Below the pieces are notes generated by a model that saw only the letters and a list, made by a program, of their open reading frames with translations, ran no database searches and had not been told where the DNA came from. Made by a program: the position numbers and the translations under genes. Below are positions 42,248-53,001 of a DNA stretch of 64,000 nucleotides, one piece after another; within the stretch, counting starts at the first letter, position 1, and each line of letters opens with the position of its first letter. Origin of the DNA: Porphyridium purpureum. Its lineage: Eukaryota. Location: the NCBI GenBank assembly GCA_008690995.1, contig VRMN01000001.1:806001-870000 (forward strand), read 5' to 3'.

Positions 42248-43072
42248 TCATTCGCTCAGTATCTCATCTTCTTTGTCCACGACGGGAGGGTACTTGGAAA
42301 ATGCGTCAATCAAAGGAAGGATCCCTGCGCGTTGCTTGTCGTACTGTTTTTCTGCGGTTTTCAAAGCCATGTTAGTCTTCATCTTGCCCAGCATACCACC
42401 AGACCTCTTTTTCTCCACTCCGTCGGCCATGGCCTTATCGCCTAGGAAATTGACCAATCCAATGTCCTTTCCGTAAAATTCCTGCAGACACTTTTCTAGG
42501 CGCTTCAAATCCTCATCTTCCTTGCCGTGGTGAAACAGAAGCATCGCCTCGTTGCGCTCTTCGGAGCGTAAATTATCAAGCGCAAGCAAAAGAAAATTGG
42601 TGCTGACGCGCTCGAGCTCGGACGCCACCTTGTGCGGCTTCTTCGCCCCGACGAGCGCCTCCACGGCGCGTACCTTGTTCAACTTTAGGCCGACCTGTAT
42701 ATGATCATCTTCGGAGGGCAGCGACTTTGGGCGCGGCTGGATTTTGCTCTTCAGATTTGGAAACACGTTCATCTCCTCGAACTCGAGGTGCTGGATAAAG
42801 ACGCGCTCGAAATGCTTGAACCACTCGAAGAACGCGCGAATGAGTTCATCTGTGGCGTCCTTCTTCATCCGCCGCAAACCCGTGACAGCATGGTACATAT
42901 CCTGCAGCTCCAGGCGAATGCCATTATGCAAGTATGCCCACCACGCCAGCGCCCAATTGCCCTTGCCCTCGCACATGCTGAAATCGACGCCGCGCTCCAT
43001 CATCTCCAATTGCTCCATGCCCTTCTGTAGCCGCGCGTCCAGCACTTCCGGCTTATCCTCCGTCGCCGCCAT
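42248..43072 (-). CDS. Hemerythrin-like four-helix bundle protein
   Basis: HNGIRLEL, QHLEFEEMNVFP (HxxxEE), EDDH; the second repeat is degenerate (NLRSEER). Confidence 0.6.
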   Translation of the reverse strand: MAATEDKPEVLDARLQKGMEQLEMMERGVDFSMCEGKGNWALAWWAYLHNGIRLELQDMYHAVTGLRRMKKDATDELIRAFFEWFKHFERVFIQHLEFEEMNVFPNLKSKIQPRPKSLPSEDDHIQVGLKLNKVRAVEALVGAKKPHKVASELERVSTNFLLLALDNLRSEERNEAMLLFHHGKEDEDLKRLEKCLQEFYGKDIGLVNFLGDKAMADGVEKKRSGGMLGKMKTNMALKTAEKQYDKQRAGILPLIDAFSKYPPVVDKEDEILSE

Positions 43073-44936
43073 GCTGAGTACCGGATGCTTTACCACCCCG
43101 CCCGCTTCAACCCCACCTCCGCCCCGTCCGTCCCTCCCCTCAACCACCCACTCCGTACTCCCACGATCATTCCTCCCCTCAACCTTCCCCACCCACCAAA
43201 GAAACAGACCGGCGCCATCAGTTCCACCCGTTGTGCTGACAGGAAGTCAGAAATTGCGCTTGAGCATAGGCACATACAGTGTACCCACTGTACTGAGATC
43301 CCAACATCGACTGCGACACCAGGAAACAAGGCACGGTGCCATGCTGGTCACTGGGGTGGTGCGTGCCATGGTGAGCGAGGCAAATGCCGGCGTCGGCAGC
43401 GACGTGGAACATCATGGTGTCGCGCTAGGTTATGCCGCAGCCAATAGGCACGCACGTGGTGTCCCAGCTGGAAAACGTGGTCTTCCTGGCGGACAAAGGT
43501 GGCCCGCAAGCCATGCGGTCTGACCCCCGTCAGCCGAGTCTCTTACTGGAGCACCAGTTCTTGCTTGAATGAGTTACCCGCCAATTCATGAGGATAGCGA
43601 GACGCGTGACGTTTGGATCAGCCGCAATCACATTTACTGGTCATCCTGCGGAGAAAGATACTCGGCGCTGATTCGGCGCTGCGAGAACGCCGGCAGGCCG
43701 TTCACACGCGCCAAGCGCGTCGCCTGCACAGACCACAAGGGCTGGCTCTCGATGAAGCTCCACGTGATGCCACGGTGCGCCGACGCGGCTAAACGATGGC
43801 TATCTTGAGCGGGAAGCAAGTATACGTCCGAGTGCACCATCCTGTTGAAGCGGCCAGACTTGGTCTTGCCGTCACGCTCGGTACGCACCTCGGCGTGCGT
43901 GCGCTTGCATTTAACTACTCTATGCTTCCACCTCGGTCGCGTGGTCTGGCTTGTCGCACGGCATCTGGCGAAGACCTCTGATGCATGGCAGCGCGCAAAC
44001 CCTGTCACTGGTGTGCACTCTCCCGCAATCCGCGTGCTTGGATCGACTCATCACCCATGCAAACGGGAGTCGAGGCCGACGTCGGAATCTAGAGCTGGCC
44101 GATGGAGCAGCTGTCGGTTGGTCAGCACAACAGTTGGACACGAGCATTTCGCGGACCTGCTGGTTCTGGTCTTCACTGGCGCGGAACGCTGCTACAATTG
44201 AGCACCATATATTCCAGTGGCCTTGGTGCATGCCATCTTTGAAAGTTACCTCACGCTCGCGATGCACTCCGCCGGACCCTAGCGCGCCTCGCACGAGACT
44301 GACACTTTTGACAAGCGCAGTTGCGGTCGGATCTGCGCATGCAAAGTCCTCACTGCCGGTGCCATCTCAACCGAGAGGCCTGATGCATCCTTCATAACCC
44401 CTCTGCGGGTGCACCCCAACCCTCGCGAATTGGGCACTCATCTCTCTCTCGCCACCAGCAGCACAAGCACACCGCATCAGCGTCCAGTTCCGCTCGACCA
44501 ACCACTCAGCGTCCAGACCCCGCTCGCCTCGCAACGCCAGGCACTTATCACGACCGCTGCATCTCGCAGGACACACCCACTCTCTCTGCGTGTCTGTCTC
44601 GATGCACAGCCTGCCGCTCTCCCGCCCTTCAGCTCGCGTTGCAAATCCACACACATCGACCATCAAGCTCGACGGCTCCGCCACTTTCCCGGCGCCGGTT
44701 TGGTTTTGAGCCGGTTTTTTTTTCAGTGATTCATTGCCGGGTGTACAGTGTGTACAGGATCACTGTACATGAGGTACAGTGTATGTCTCTAAGCAACGGC
44801 GCGGCCGCGAGGACCAGAGAAGGAAGCATGGCGGAAGAAGGTGGCAGTGGAGCGCAGGGCGGGGAAGGGGGAGTGGAGTGAGGAAAGGGGCGGGAGGAGT
44901 GTTCTGGGGGTTGGTGGTGGATGGTTTGTGTATGCG

Positions 44937-45887
44937 ATGATTCCCGTGACGAATGATGGGGGCGTGCGGAAGAGCGTCGTGACCAAGGCCGAGGGCAGCA
45001 CGCGGCCGGGATTGGGCAGCCGCGTGTGGTTGTGGTACACGCTGCGCCTGCAGGACGACAGTGTGCTGGAGAGCTGCCAGGAGACAGACGCCGCCGCGGA
45101 GCACAGGCGGCGGCCGTTCTCGTTTCGGATTGGGAGCAAGACTGTGATCCGGGGGTTGGAGCTCGCGGTCATGTCGATGAGCGTCGGCGAGGCGAGCGAG
45201 TTTGTGCTCGAGCCAGACTATGCGTTTGGACAGCGCGGCAAGGGGCATGTGATTCCACCCGACGCAGCAGTCAAGCTCGACATCAGGCTGTTGAAGACAG
45301 AAGGCGGGGATCAGACCCAGAACCTCATGGCCATGAGCCCGCAGGAGCGGTTCCAGCTTGCCTTGACGCTAAAGGAGGCCGGCAACGAAAAGTTCAAATG
45401 CACAGACTATGCCGCGGCGGCCGAGTGCTACGAACAAGCGCTTAATGCGGTCAGCTATGTCCGAATGCACGTACAGGACCAGGACTCATACTATGCGAGT
45501 GCGAAGAACGACGCAGAGGTAGATCACAAGGTCGACATGGAAGGCGTGGTCATTCCAGACGAGGACGTGCAGCAGTTGCGCCTAGCGTGTCTCAATAATC
45601 TTGCGTTGTGCAATTTCAAGGAAGGAGACCACGCACAGGCCGAAGAAATCGCATCCAAGGCGCTCAGTATCGATCCCGAAAATGCAAAGGGTTTCTTTTA
45701 TCGAGGGCGGGCTCGATACGCGTCCGGAAAGTTCAGCGAAGCTCGTGACGATTTGCGCGAGGCGGCGCAGCGGAACCCTGACAACAAGGGCATCCGGTTA
45801 GAGCTGGACCGCGTCGAGAAGAAACTATCCGCACAATCGCACCAAGAACGACGGGTTTACGGAGCCATGTTTAGCGGAAGGGCTTAG
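44937..45887 (+). CDS. FKBP-type peptidyl-prolyl isomerase with TPR domain
   Basis: DGGVRK, PFSFRIGSKTVIRGLELAVMSMSVGE, PDYAFG, IPPDA; TPRs LKEAGNEKFK, NNLALC, KGFFYRGRA. Start uncertain (an upstream ATG at 44828 is out of frame). Confidence 0.92.
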   Translation: MIPVTNDGGVRKSVVTKAEGSTRPGLGSRVWLWYTLRLQDDSVLESCQETDAAAEHRRRPFSFRIGSKTVIRGLELAVMSMSVGEASEFVLEPDYAFGQRGKGHVIPPDAAVKLDIRLLKTEGGDQTQNLMAMSPQERFQLALTLKEAGNEKFKCTDYAAAAECYEQALNAVSYVRMHVQDQDSYYASAKNDAEVDHKVDMEGVVIPDEDVQQLRLACLNNLALCNFKEGDHAQAEEIASKALSIDPENAKGFFYRGRARYASGKFSEARDDLREAAQRNPDNKGIRLELDRVEKKLSAQSHQERRVYGAMFSGRA

Positions 45888-46032
45888 CCGTGCCCCAAGT
45901 TGTAGTCCAGCTGAGGTATCTGTATTTCAAGCATGCGCATTTGCTGTGCAGAAAAGAAGGCTGCTGATTCTCTCTCTCCTTTTTGGCTAGATCCGACACT
46001 CGATCAGAGCAAGAAAGCGCAGGGACTTGTTT

Positions 46033-49000
46033 CTATGGACTGGACGCGTCGGGCTCGAGACCCTCCAGTGTGCGGATGTCAACGTCATTTGGCACGAGAA
46101 AGTCCTCAAGATCCTCATACTCATCCTCGCTAGAATGCCCATCACTCTCCAGGCACGCTCGAATGTACTCGTGGCGGGTTGATACGTGACGCCGTTTCCG
46201 CTTTCGAGCCTTGCGCAGATTCCCGGCGTCCGATTCGTCCGAACCACTTGTCGGAGCGTTGTGCGAAGCCGCGGGCTCGTCCATTTGTGGATCTTCCGCA
46301 TCTACTTCGACATGCGCTCCGTACACAAGTTTCCATTGATCCGAGCCATTCTTGACGGCCTCCAACAAAGCCAAGAGGCTGGCGCACCGCGTGCGCCCAA
46401 GCTGCGCACTTAGTCCGTCGACAAAGTCCTTCTGACAAGCTAATTCAGCAGCAGCCAAGCACAGTCGCGAGCCTAGGCGCAAAAGAGCCCCTCGCAGACG
46501 AGGCATAGAGTGCTCAAATCTAGACACAGTGTCCTCTCCAGTTCCGGAAAACAGGGAACAAACAGCCGCCATGTTGGCCAAGTGTTCGGTTGCTGACAAA
46601 ATCAACTCTGCCGTCGACATGGTTGGAGACTCCCAATTCTTGGCTTCTTTAGTCGCGCGCAATATCAGCGCACAGACATCCTCGCCGAACAATCCCAGAC
46701 GAACCACGACGCCTTCGAGGGTCAGCCAGGCCTGAGGGGGAAGCACAACTTTCAGAGCCTTTTGTCGCGATCCAATCCAGGCCGACGCCGAGCGACCTGT
46801 TTTGCGCGCCTTGCTTTTTCGCAGCTGAGCCTTGGCGGGACCCTTTCGACGTGTGGCAGCAGTCAATACCTCATTCTCATGCTGAAAAAGTCCTGTCAGA
46901 ATCTGTAACACAATCTTCCAGCACACATCATTCCGGCGTCCCACGTCCCTTCTGCCCAGAACATTAGACAACTCTTTGCCATGACGTACTCGCAGATCGT
47001 TCCGGGGTAGCCCAATCAAGTCCGTAACGACACAGTTCGATATGACGTCAAAAGCCACACACAATGCCATTTGCCGTACATGTTCACTTCGCAGAAGGCC
47101 CATGTCTCTGACCGTATTTCTGATTGCACTCGAGTCACGGGCCTCTCCACCTACGACCTTTTCCTGGTCGGGCGCGGCTGCACGATCAGATGAAGCGATT
47201 CCCATGTCCAGCTCCTCTGCCCATTCAAGAATTTCGTCATCAAACTCATTGACACCTGTCCGAAGTTTTCCTGTCGATGAATGTGCATGCTCTCCTTCAC
47301 TGGCATCGGAGTCGTCGCTTCTTCGGACTGAGCGCATCGTGCGCTCAGCGTCTGCCAGTTTGCAACTGTCAATGATGCTGCGACAAGCCTCAAGCGCAAA
47401 TGTTGGCTCTGAGGAGAACAAGAGCACACGGAGAGCACATTGCAGTACCTGCGCGTCTGTAATCACGCATGCAGTTAGAACGTTTTGAAAAACGCATGCA
47501 ATCGCATCTGCTACGCGATCTGCCTCCGTACCCATAGATGCGGATTTCTTCAAGTGGCGCAGGATCAGCTCAGTGTACGCGCGAGCCATTTTCGCTGAGC
47601 AGGACGAGGAAGAGCGCATGTCAAAGACAAAACACGAGGCTGTCCACGCGGCCACAAAGCGCGAATCTGACAGCGTTGCCTGTCTCGGTGTGCTTCTCTT
47701 GCACGCATGCGACGATGGTGTAAATTTCTCATGGTTATGGTGATCAAAGACGTTTGCACTCAACGCTTGGCATACATCGACAGAAAACGATCCGACGCAT
47801 ACCTCCAGATGACAAGCGCCGTCCCTGGGACAGGCTTCTTGTCCACAGAGCATCGAAAGCCATGCAAGACTTTCTTCTCGCGCCTGCGAGAGCCAAGTCG
47901 GCTCGAGCGATAGGGACAGCGCGGAGGAAGTCCCCGTCTTCTTTGCGCGCAATGAGGAAATGTCCACTTCCAGCACATAGCGAGCCGCGACTGCGCACCA
48001 ATCTGCCTCTCCATCCTGAGATGGAGGTAAATTCACTTTTGTTGTCTCACCCAGATCTTTCAAGTACCGGAGCCTTCGCTCCGTGTAGACCATGGTTTGC
48101 AAGCACAACGATGCCATGGTGTGGCGCTGATCACGACTCAGACGGCCATTGCAAAAGCGACGCAGAATTTGCATCAAAGGTGCAACATAGTACATGTTCA
48201 GATACTGCCCGCGATGCAGGTCGCACGATTCGAGTAACGCTGACGAGACCGCAAGCAGAGCATCAATGATACGCGTCACAAGATCAACATGCAACCCATA
48301 GGTGTCCTGAGTGACTGGAATACTTCTGACCGACGTCGATACATACGGAGGCACATACGCAGCAACGCAGCCGTTCTCAAGCTGGTTTGCAAGTAATGCA
48401 CAGACGTACAAGAGCGAAGGCACTGCCGTAATCGATGCCTTTTCGAGCTGTGCAAAAAACAAAGCCATGCATGCAATATCGTTCACTGCTGGATACCCCG
48501 AAAATAATTGCTTCTGATTTGGAAGATGCGGTGTCAGACCCGCCAGCCACTCAAGGCAAAAGACAAGGCAAGCATGGAGCGACTTGAATTCACGTGGAGA
48601 ATTGCCCGCCGTTGAGATGCCGAAGCACGTAAGGACATGTCGAATGGACAAGCAGTGTTCCGACACGTTCAAGATATGCCGGTGCGCCGTCGCCGCATGC
48701 GGGCATGAATATGCCACTTGCAAAATAAGACTAGTCAGGCCGGGACTGAACGATACAGGCAGGTACGCGAAAGACCGGTCCAGCTTCACAATGCTGTTCA
48801 TGTCCGAGACCTTCTCATTCTCCTTCCTCAAAATACTGGCAAAGAGTCGCACAAGATCAGCTACGATTTGCTCTGAGTGAGCACCCTCCTTGCCACAGAG
48901 TGGGCCACACCGGCTCTTTGAAGTGGACGAGGATGCGCTCGCGCCGCCCGCCTTTTGATGAGTTTGTGAGTTAGCATCTACCATGGTATCCAGCAAACAA

Positions 49001-50856
49001 GCGAGAGCAAAGCGAGTCACCCGGTCACCATCCTTTGACGAGAAGTTGTTTAGATTCTTCTTCAGCGTGATGCTTATTTCGGAAGGCACAGTGCTGGATG
49101 TTACGCCACCAAGTGCCAAGAGCTCTGAGAAACCAGCCACCGCCGCCAAGTCGAAGTACAGGGCGCTCATGTGCGCAAGCTTTCTTAAACGAATTTCCAA
49201 CGTACTGAGCAACGTCTTGTTAGCCAAAAGAAGTGGCCGCAGACTGCGAAGCACGTGTCGCATAGCGCTGAGCTCGTCCCAGTCTTCCATGTCCATTTCT
49301 TCACGCAAGAGATTATCCGAATCCCGTTCGCGCAAACAGCTAGCGAACAGAAAGCGCTCAATGAGACTCACATGCTGACTGATGCTGGAGAGTTGTTTTG
49401 AGCACAGTGAAAGCAACACAGCGCCACAAGGACCAGCAATGCTCCAGTCGCAACTTGAATGCGCATCTTTGAAATCAAATTTGAACATTCGAGATAGCAC
49501 GAAATTCAGGATTTCAGACTGGGACCAGTGTGGCCCCTGCAGGAAGCAGTCTTCCATAAGCGCTTTGCCTGCCAACATCAGGGTCTCTTTTCCTGTGCGC
49601 CACCACTGTTCAATTATCATAATTGTGCCACCAATGAAATTTTCGTTGGACACAATCGCGGCAACGCACGAAAGGAAGCCACGCCTTGACTGAGGGAATC
49701 TTAACTCGGGACGCATGGCGAGCACGCAACTCACCATGTGAGAAACGAGTCCGAAGCCGCGAGCTCTATCGCGCGTGCTTGCGTTCCGAAGACCTCTCAG
49801 CATGGATACGAGTAATGCAAAGTCCTCCGGATGGACGCGATACAAAACATCATTTTCATCATGGCTTTGGCGCATGGCTGGGACGTGGTTCGTTCTCTGC
49901 CAGAGCGTGTAGTAGCGACGAAGCAGTGTTTCCACAACGAGGTTTGAATTGTTGAACGACGACGGTGATTTTGCAAAATTCGCAGAGCTATACCCGTCCA
50001 TCATTTCGAAGTCTAATATCACAAAGGCATCCTGCAGAAGGTTTCGATCACGGAACGATCGAATCGCCGTTCGAAGAAAGCAAAACCAGATGTCTACGTT
50101 TGCTGTACTTGCCTGCGAGCTCCCATCAAAACGCACTAGAAGTCTGATCAAAGACCGCCACAACGCTAAAATGTCTTCAGCGGAACCCGGCGCTCGCATC
50201 GCAGACGCCACTAATGCACTCATCGACCTAAGCTCCGCAGCATCTTGGCTGAGCACGTACGCTGCCAACATACTGTGAAGCTGTATTGATTCGTCTGCAA
50301 ACAAAGGCAACGCATATCTCAGCGCTGCCGGAAATTGAGACAAAAATGTGAAATGTAAAGCGCGCTCCACGGTCTGCTTGACCGCGACGTCGAGCTCGTG
50401 TCGCACATGTTCAAAATCGCCTTGTTCGAGCTGCGTCGTGGCTTGCTGCAGCTCTGGAAGAAGCGCTGTTTGAACCAAGGAACACAACCTTAGCGCGAGA
50501 AAGATTAGCCGCCTCGTCGCGTCATCCAGCAACTGCAGCTGTCGTGGTTCCTTTTGCACGGAGCGAAAATTCCTCACCAGAACCTCTAGCTCAAAGGTAT
50601 CCAGCAGAGCGCGTACGTGAGCGGCCCGCTTCTTCGCAGCCGAGGCGGTTCCCTTTCCCGTGCGTTCAAACAGCCTCAATAGCTCGTCGCCGGTCGGCCA
50701 TGCACCATTCGCACTGCGAATGTCCCCATCATCACAAAGGGCCGGCGTCTCACACAAGGCACGAAGCGCGCGCAGTTTACCCAGCAACTGCTGAAAGTGT
50801 CCTTCCTCACCGTGGCGAGGATTACAAAGCGTGCCTGCCCTGCGTATCGTCATCAT
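46033..50856 (-). CDS. FANCI: FANCI-like alpha-solenoid protein (~1600 aa)
   Basis: QSEILNFVLSRM and LRSLRPLLLANKTLLSTLEIRLRKLAHMSALYFDLAAVAGFSELL parallel the FANCI segment QPLLK...LILVLRKAMF...AVAGFLLLL as I recall it. Start uncertain. Confidence 0.65.
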   Translation of the reverse strand: MMTIRRAGTLCNPRHGEEGHFQQLLGKLRALRALCETPALCDDGDIRSANGAWPTGDELLRLFERTGKGTASAAKKRAAHVRALLDTFELEVLVRNFRSVQKEPRQLQLLDDATRRLIFLALRLCSLVQTALLPELQQATTQLEQGDFEHVRHELDVAVKQTVERALHFTFLSQFPAALRYALPLFADESIQLHSMLAAYVLSQDAAELRSMSALVASAMRAPGSAEDILALWRSLIRLLVRFDGSSQASTANVDIWFCFLRTAIRSFRDRNLLQDAFVILDFEMMDGYSSANFAKSPSSFNNSNLVVETLLRRYYTLWQRTNHVPAMRQSHDENDVLYRVHPEDFALLVSMLRGLRNASTRDRARGFGLVSHMVSCVLAMRPELRFPQSRRGFLSCVAAIVSNENFIGGTIMIIEQWWRTGKETLMLAGKALMEDCFLQGPHWSQSEILNFVLSRMFKFDFKDAHSSCDWSIAGPCGAVLLSLCSKQLSSISQHVSLIERFLFASCLRERDSDNLLREEMDMEDWDELSAMRHVLRSLRPLLLANKTLLSTLEIRLRKLAHMSALYFDLAAVAGFSELLALGGVTSSTVPSEISITLKKNLNNFSSKDGDRVTRFALACLLDTMVDANSQTHQKAGGASASSSTSKSRCGPLCGKEGAHSEQIVADLVRLFASILRKENEKVSDMNSIVKLDRSFAYLPVSFSPGLTSLILQVAYSCPHAATAHRHILNVSEHCLSIRHVLTCFGISTAGNSPREFKSLHACLVFCLEWLAGLTPHLPNQKQLFSGYPAVNDIACMALFFAQLEKASITAVPSLLYVCALLANQLENGCVAAYVPPYVSTSVRSIPVTQDTYGLHVDLVTRIIDALLAVSSALLESCDLHRGQYLNMYYVAPLMQILRRFCNGRLSRDQRHTMASLCLQTMVYTERRLRYLKDLGETTKVNLPPSQDGEADWCAVAARYVLEVDISSLRAKKTGTSSALSLSLEPTWLSQAREESLAWLSMLCGQEACPRDGACHLEVCVGSFSVDVCQALSANVFDHHNHEKFTPSSHACKRSTPRQATLSDSRFVAAWTASCFVFDMRSSSSCSAKMARAYTELILRHLKKSASMGTEADRVADAIACVFQNVLTACVITDAQVLQCALRVLLFSSEPTFALEACRSIIDSCKLADAERTMRSVRRSDDSDASEGEHAHSSTGKLRTGVNEFDDEILEWAEELDMGIASSDRAAAPDQEKVVGGEARDSSAIRNTVRDMGLLRSEHVRQMALCVAFDVISNCVVTDLIGLPRNDLRVRHGKELSNVLGRRDVGRRNDVCWKIVLQILTGLFQHENEVLTAATRRKGPAKAQLRKSKARKTGRSASAWIGSRQKALKVVLPPQAWLTLEGVVVRLGLFGEDVCALILRATKEAKNWESPTMSTAELILSATEHLANMAAVCSLFSGTGEDTVSRFEHSMPRLRGALLRLGSRLCLAAAELACQKDFVDGLSAQLGRTRCASLLALLEAVKNGSDQWKLVYGAHVEVDAEDPQMDEPAASHNAPTSGSDESDAGNLRKARKRKRRHVSTRHEYIRACLESDGHSSEDEYEDLEDFLVPNDVDIRTLEGLEPDASSP

Positions 50857-51793
50857 GATGATGTGCGTAAGACCGACAGTCCATACGCCTGCCGCGCTGC
50901 GCTGGGCGCTTTTGCTCTCTCGCTTTTCGCGAGCTTCATCTACTTCATCGAGCGCGCCGGGTGGTCCGACTGCAGGGAACGAGCAAGTGCAGCATGTGAT
51001 TGCGGTAGCGTCCGGAAAGGGCGGCGTGGGCAAGTCGACCGTGGCAGTGAATCTGGCTGTAGCCCTAGCGCAGCGCGGGCTGCGTACCGGACTGCTGGAT
51101 GCAGATGTATACGGGCCCTCGGTGCCTGCGATGATGGGTGTTGAAGGAAAGCCCGAACTGACGGCGGACGGCAGGCTTATGATTCCGAAGACCGGGCATG
51201 AGGGCGTCAAGGTCATGTCAGTTGGCTTGTTACTGCCGGGAAAGGCAGAAGGAGATAAACACGGCGACCAGCCGGTCGTGTGGCGGGCGCCATTAGCGCT
51301 GAAACTGCTCGACCAGATGGTGAGGCAAGTGGATTGGGGCCCTTTGGATATCATGGTGATAGACATGCCGCCTGGCACTGGCGATATCCAATTATCCATG
51401 TCGCAGCGCGTATCGCTCAGCGGTGCGCTCGTGGTGTCGACTCCGCAGGAAATTGCACTGCTGGACGCGCGGAAGGCGGTGAACATGTTTCGCCGCGTCG
51501 ACGTGCCCGTGCTGGGCTTTGTCGAAAACATGAACCGATTTGTGTGCAGCAAGTGCGGCGAAGAGGAGTACATCTTTGGCAGCGATGGACTGCAAGCTGA
51601 CGCTTTACGGCTTCAAGTCGAACTACTGGCCAGTATTCCGCTGTCCACCGGACTGCGAAAGGCATGCGACCAAGGGGTACCCACAGTCGTTTCAGACCCA
51701 CAGGGACCGGTCGCCCATGAGTTCCGGGAGCTCGCGCGCAAAGCATTTTTAAATCTTGGCCTTCATGCCGGCCTCGCACCACATGTCCAATAA
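50855..51793 (+). CDS. NUBPL: Mrp/NBP35-family Fe-S scaffold ATPase, mitochondrial IND1/NUBPL-like
   Basis: VASGKGGVGKST, DADVYGPS, VVWRAP, DMPPGTGD, VENM..FVCSKC; Arg/Ser-rich presequence. Confidence 0.93.
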   Translation: MMMCVRPTVHTPAALRWALLLSRFSRASSTSSSAPGGPTAGNEQVQHVIAVASGKGGVGKSTVAVNLAVALAQRGLRTGLLDADVYGPSVPAMMGVEGKPELTADGRLMIPKTGHEGVKVMSVGLLLPGKAEGDKHGDQPVVWRAPLALKLLDQMVRQVDWGPLDIMVIDMPPGTGDIQLSMSQRVSLSGALVVSTPQEIALLDARKAVNMFRRVDVPVLGFVENMNRFVCSKCGEEEYIFGSDGLQADALRLQVELLASIPLSTGLRKACDQGVPTVVSDPQGPVAHEFRELARKAFLNLGLHAGLAPHVQ

Positions 51794-52049
51794 AGCATTT
51801 GCACAGAGGAAAGAGGTAGCCGGCTACACAGGCGATCAGGTTGGACGGAGCAGCGCTGCACGATACGTGAGCATTCGCATCCTCCTGTCCGCGTTCAAGC
51901 GGGACACCAGGACACTGACATTCGAACGCTGGCGCACACTGGCAAGGAGCTTGCGCACCGAGATTCAGAACCACTCATCAATCCAAACGCAATTTGCAGT
52001 TCCGCGCTTCACGGCAGGTTTCGCGGTGGCCATTCTCTCTTGATCCGAG

Positions 52050-52775
52050 ATGGAGGTTGCGAGGAGTCAGATGGTGCCATTGTTTGTTTCGGTGTTTGGT
52101 GCGCGTGCAAGCACATGGTTACTGTTGCCGCCGCAAGTGCGGCTAAGGCGACGGCTCTATGCCAATGAGATAACGTTGCGCCGAGCTAATGCCGTGAGCG
52201 TTCGCATGGCGCTGCCGCGCCTTTTCGTACAAATTGCAGAGCTCGCGTTCCCTCATTCTCGGCGGGGGGCCGTGCAGGTCCTTTCTGAAGACGGACGCGT
52301 GTACGATATTCTCAAATCTCATTTGCCGCGTGTGCCCGCGGACTCGTCCTCGCCGTGTGGCTGTGGCAGCGGCGCGTCGTATCGGTCGTGTTGCGAACCG
52401 TTTCATTCGGGCACCGTGGTGGAGCGAACTGCGGCCGATGTGTTGCGTGCGCGCTTCTGTGCGTACAAGTATAGGCTTGTGCGCTACCTGATCAAGTCAG
52501 TTTCGCCTTCAAGTCTGCTGGCCAAGCAACAAACGCCGCGACGGTGGGCGGCCGAGATCGCTTCGTTCTGTGATGACTACCAATTTGTCGAGCTCGAGGT
52601 ACTGGAGACCAAGGTCGCTGGTCCGCGTACTACCTTTATCGTGTTCCGGGCAAACCTCTTGAGCTCGGGCGAGCCGGTCAGCTTCACAGAGAACGCACAG
52701 TTCGTCGAGCTGAATGGACGGTGGTATTACGATAATGGCTACTTGTTCGACGTGGATGCTGGCGACGCGTTCTAA
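52050..52775 (+). CDS. SEC-C motif / UPF0225 (YchJ-like) protein, probably organelle-targeted
   Basis: PCGCGSGASYRSCCEPFH, TAADVLRARFCAY, FTENAQF...RWYYDNG. Confidence 0.85.
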   Translation: MEVARSQMVPLFVSVFGARASTWLLLPPQVRLRRRLYANEITLRRANAVSVRMALPRLFVQIAELAFPHSRRGAVQVLSEDGRVYDILKSHLPRVPADSSSPCGCGSGASYRSCCEPFHSGTVVERTAADVLRARFCAYKYRLVRYLIKSVSPSSLLAKQQTPRRWAAEIASFCDDYQFVELEVLETKVAGPRTTFIVFRANLLSSGEPVSFTENAQFVELNGRWYYDNGYLFDVDAGDAF

Positions 52776-53001
52776 TGACGCTGGTGGTGCACTGCGTGCG
52801 CATGCCGCGCATTCTTTACTAATAGCTCTTATTGAGCAGGATGACATCATGAACTCAAAAGCCCTGTTTTCGGCGGACACACAGCCGTCCAGAGCTCGTA
52901 ATCCATTGGACTTCAAAGTATGATTGTAATTTCACAGCACCTGGCGAATTCCGAAGGGTATCAGGACGGCTACTTCGTGCATTCCAGATGGTTTCTTTCT
53001 C

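Noticed and set aside
44828..44881. Short upstream ORF MAEEGGSGAQGGEGGVE as exon 1 of the FKBP gene
   Set aside because: A GTGAG donor is present, but I see no plausible acceptor before the FKBP domain; left unassigned.
50857..51573. N-terminal 239 aa of the 1846-aa minus ORF
   Set aside because: Antisense to the conserved NUBPL CDS and reads as shadow sequence; not counted as FANCI coding.
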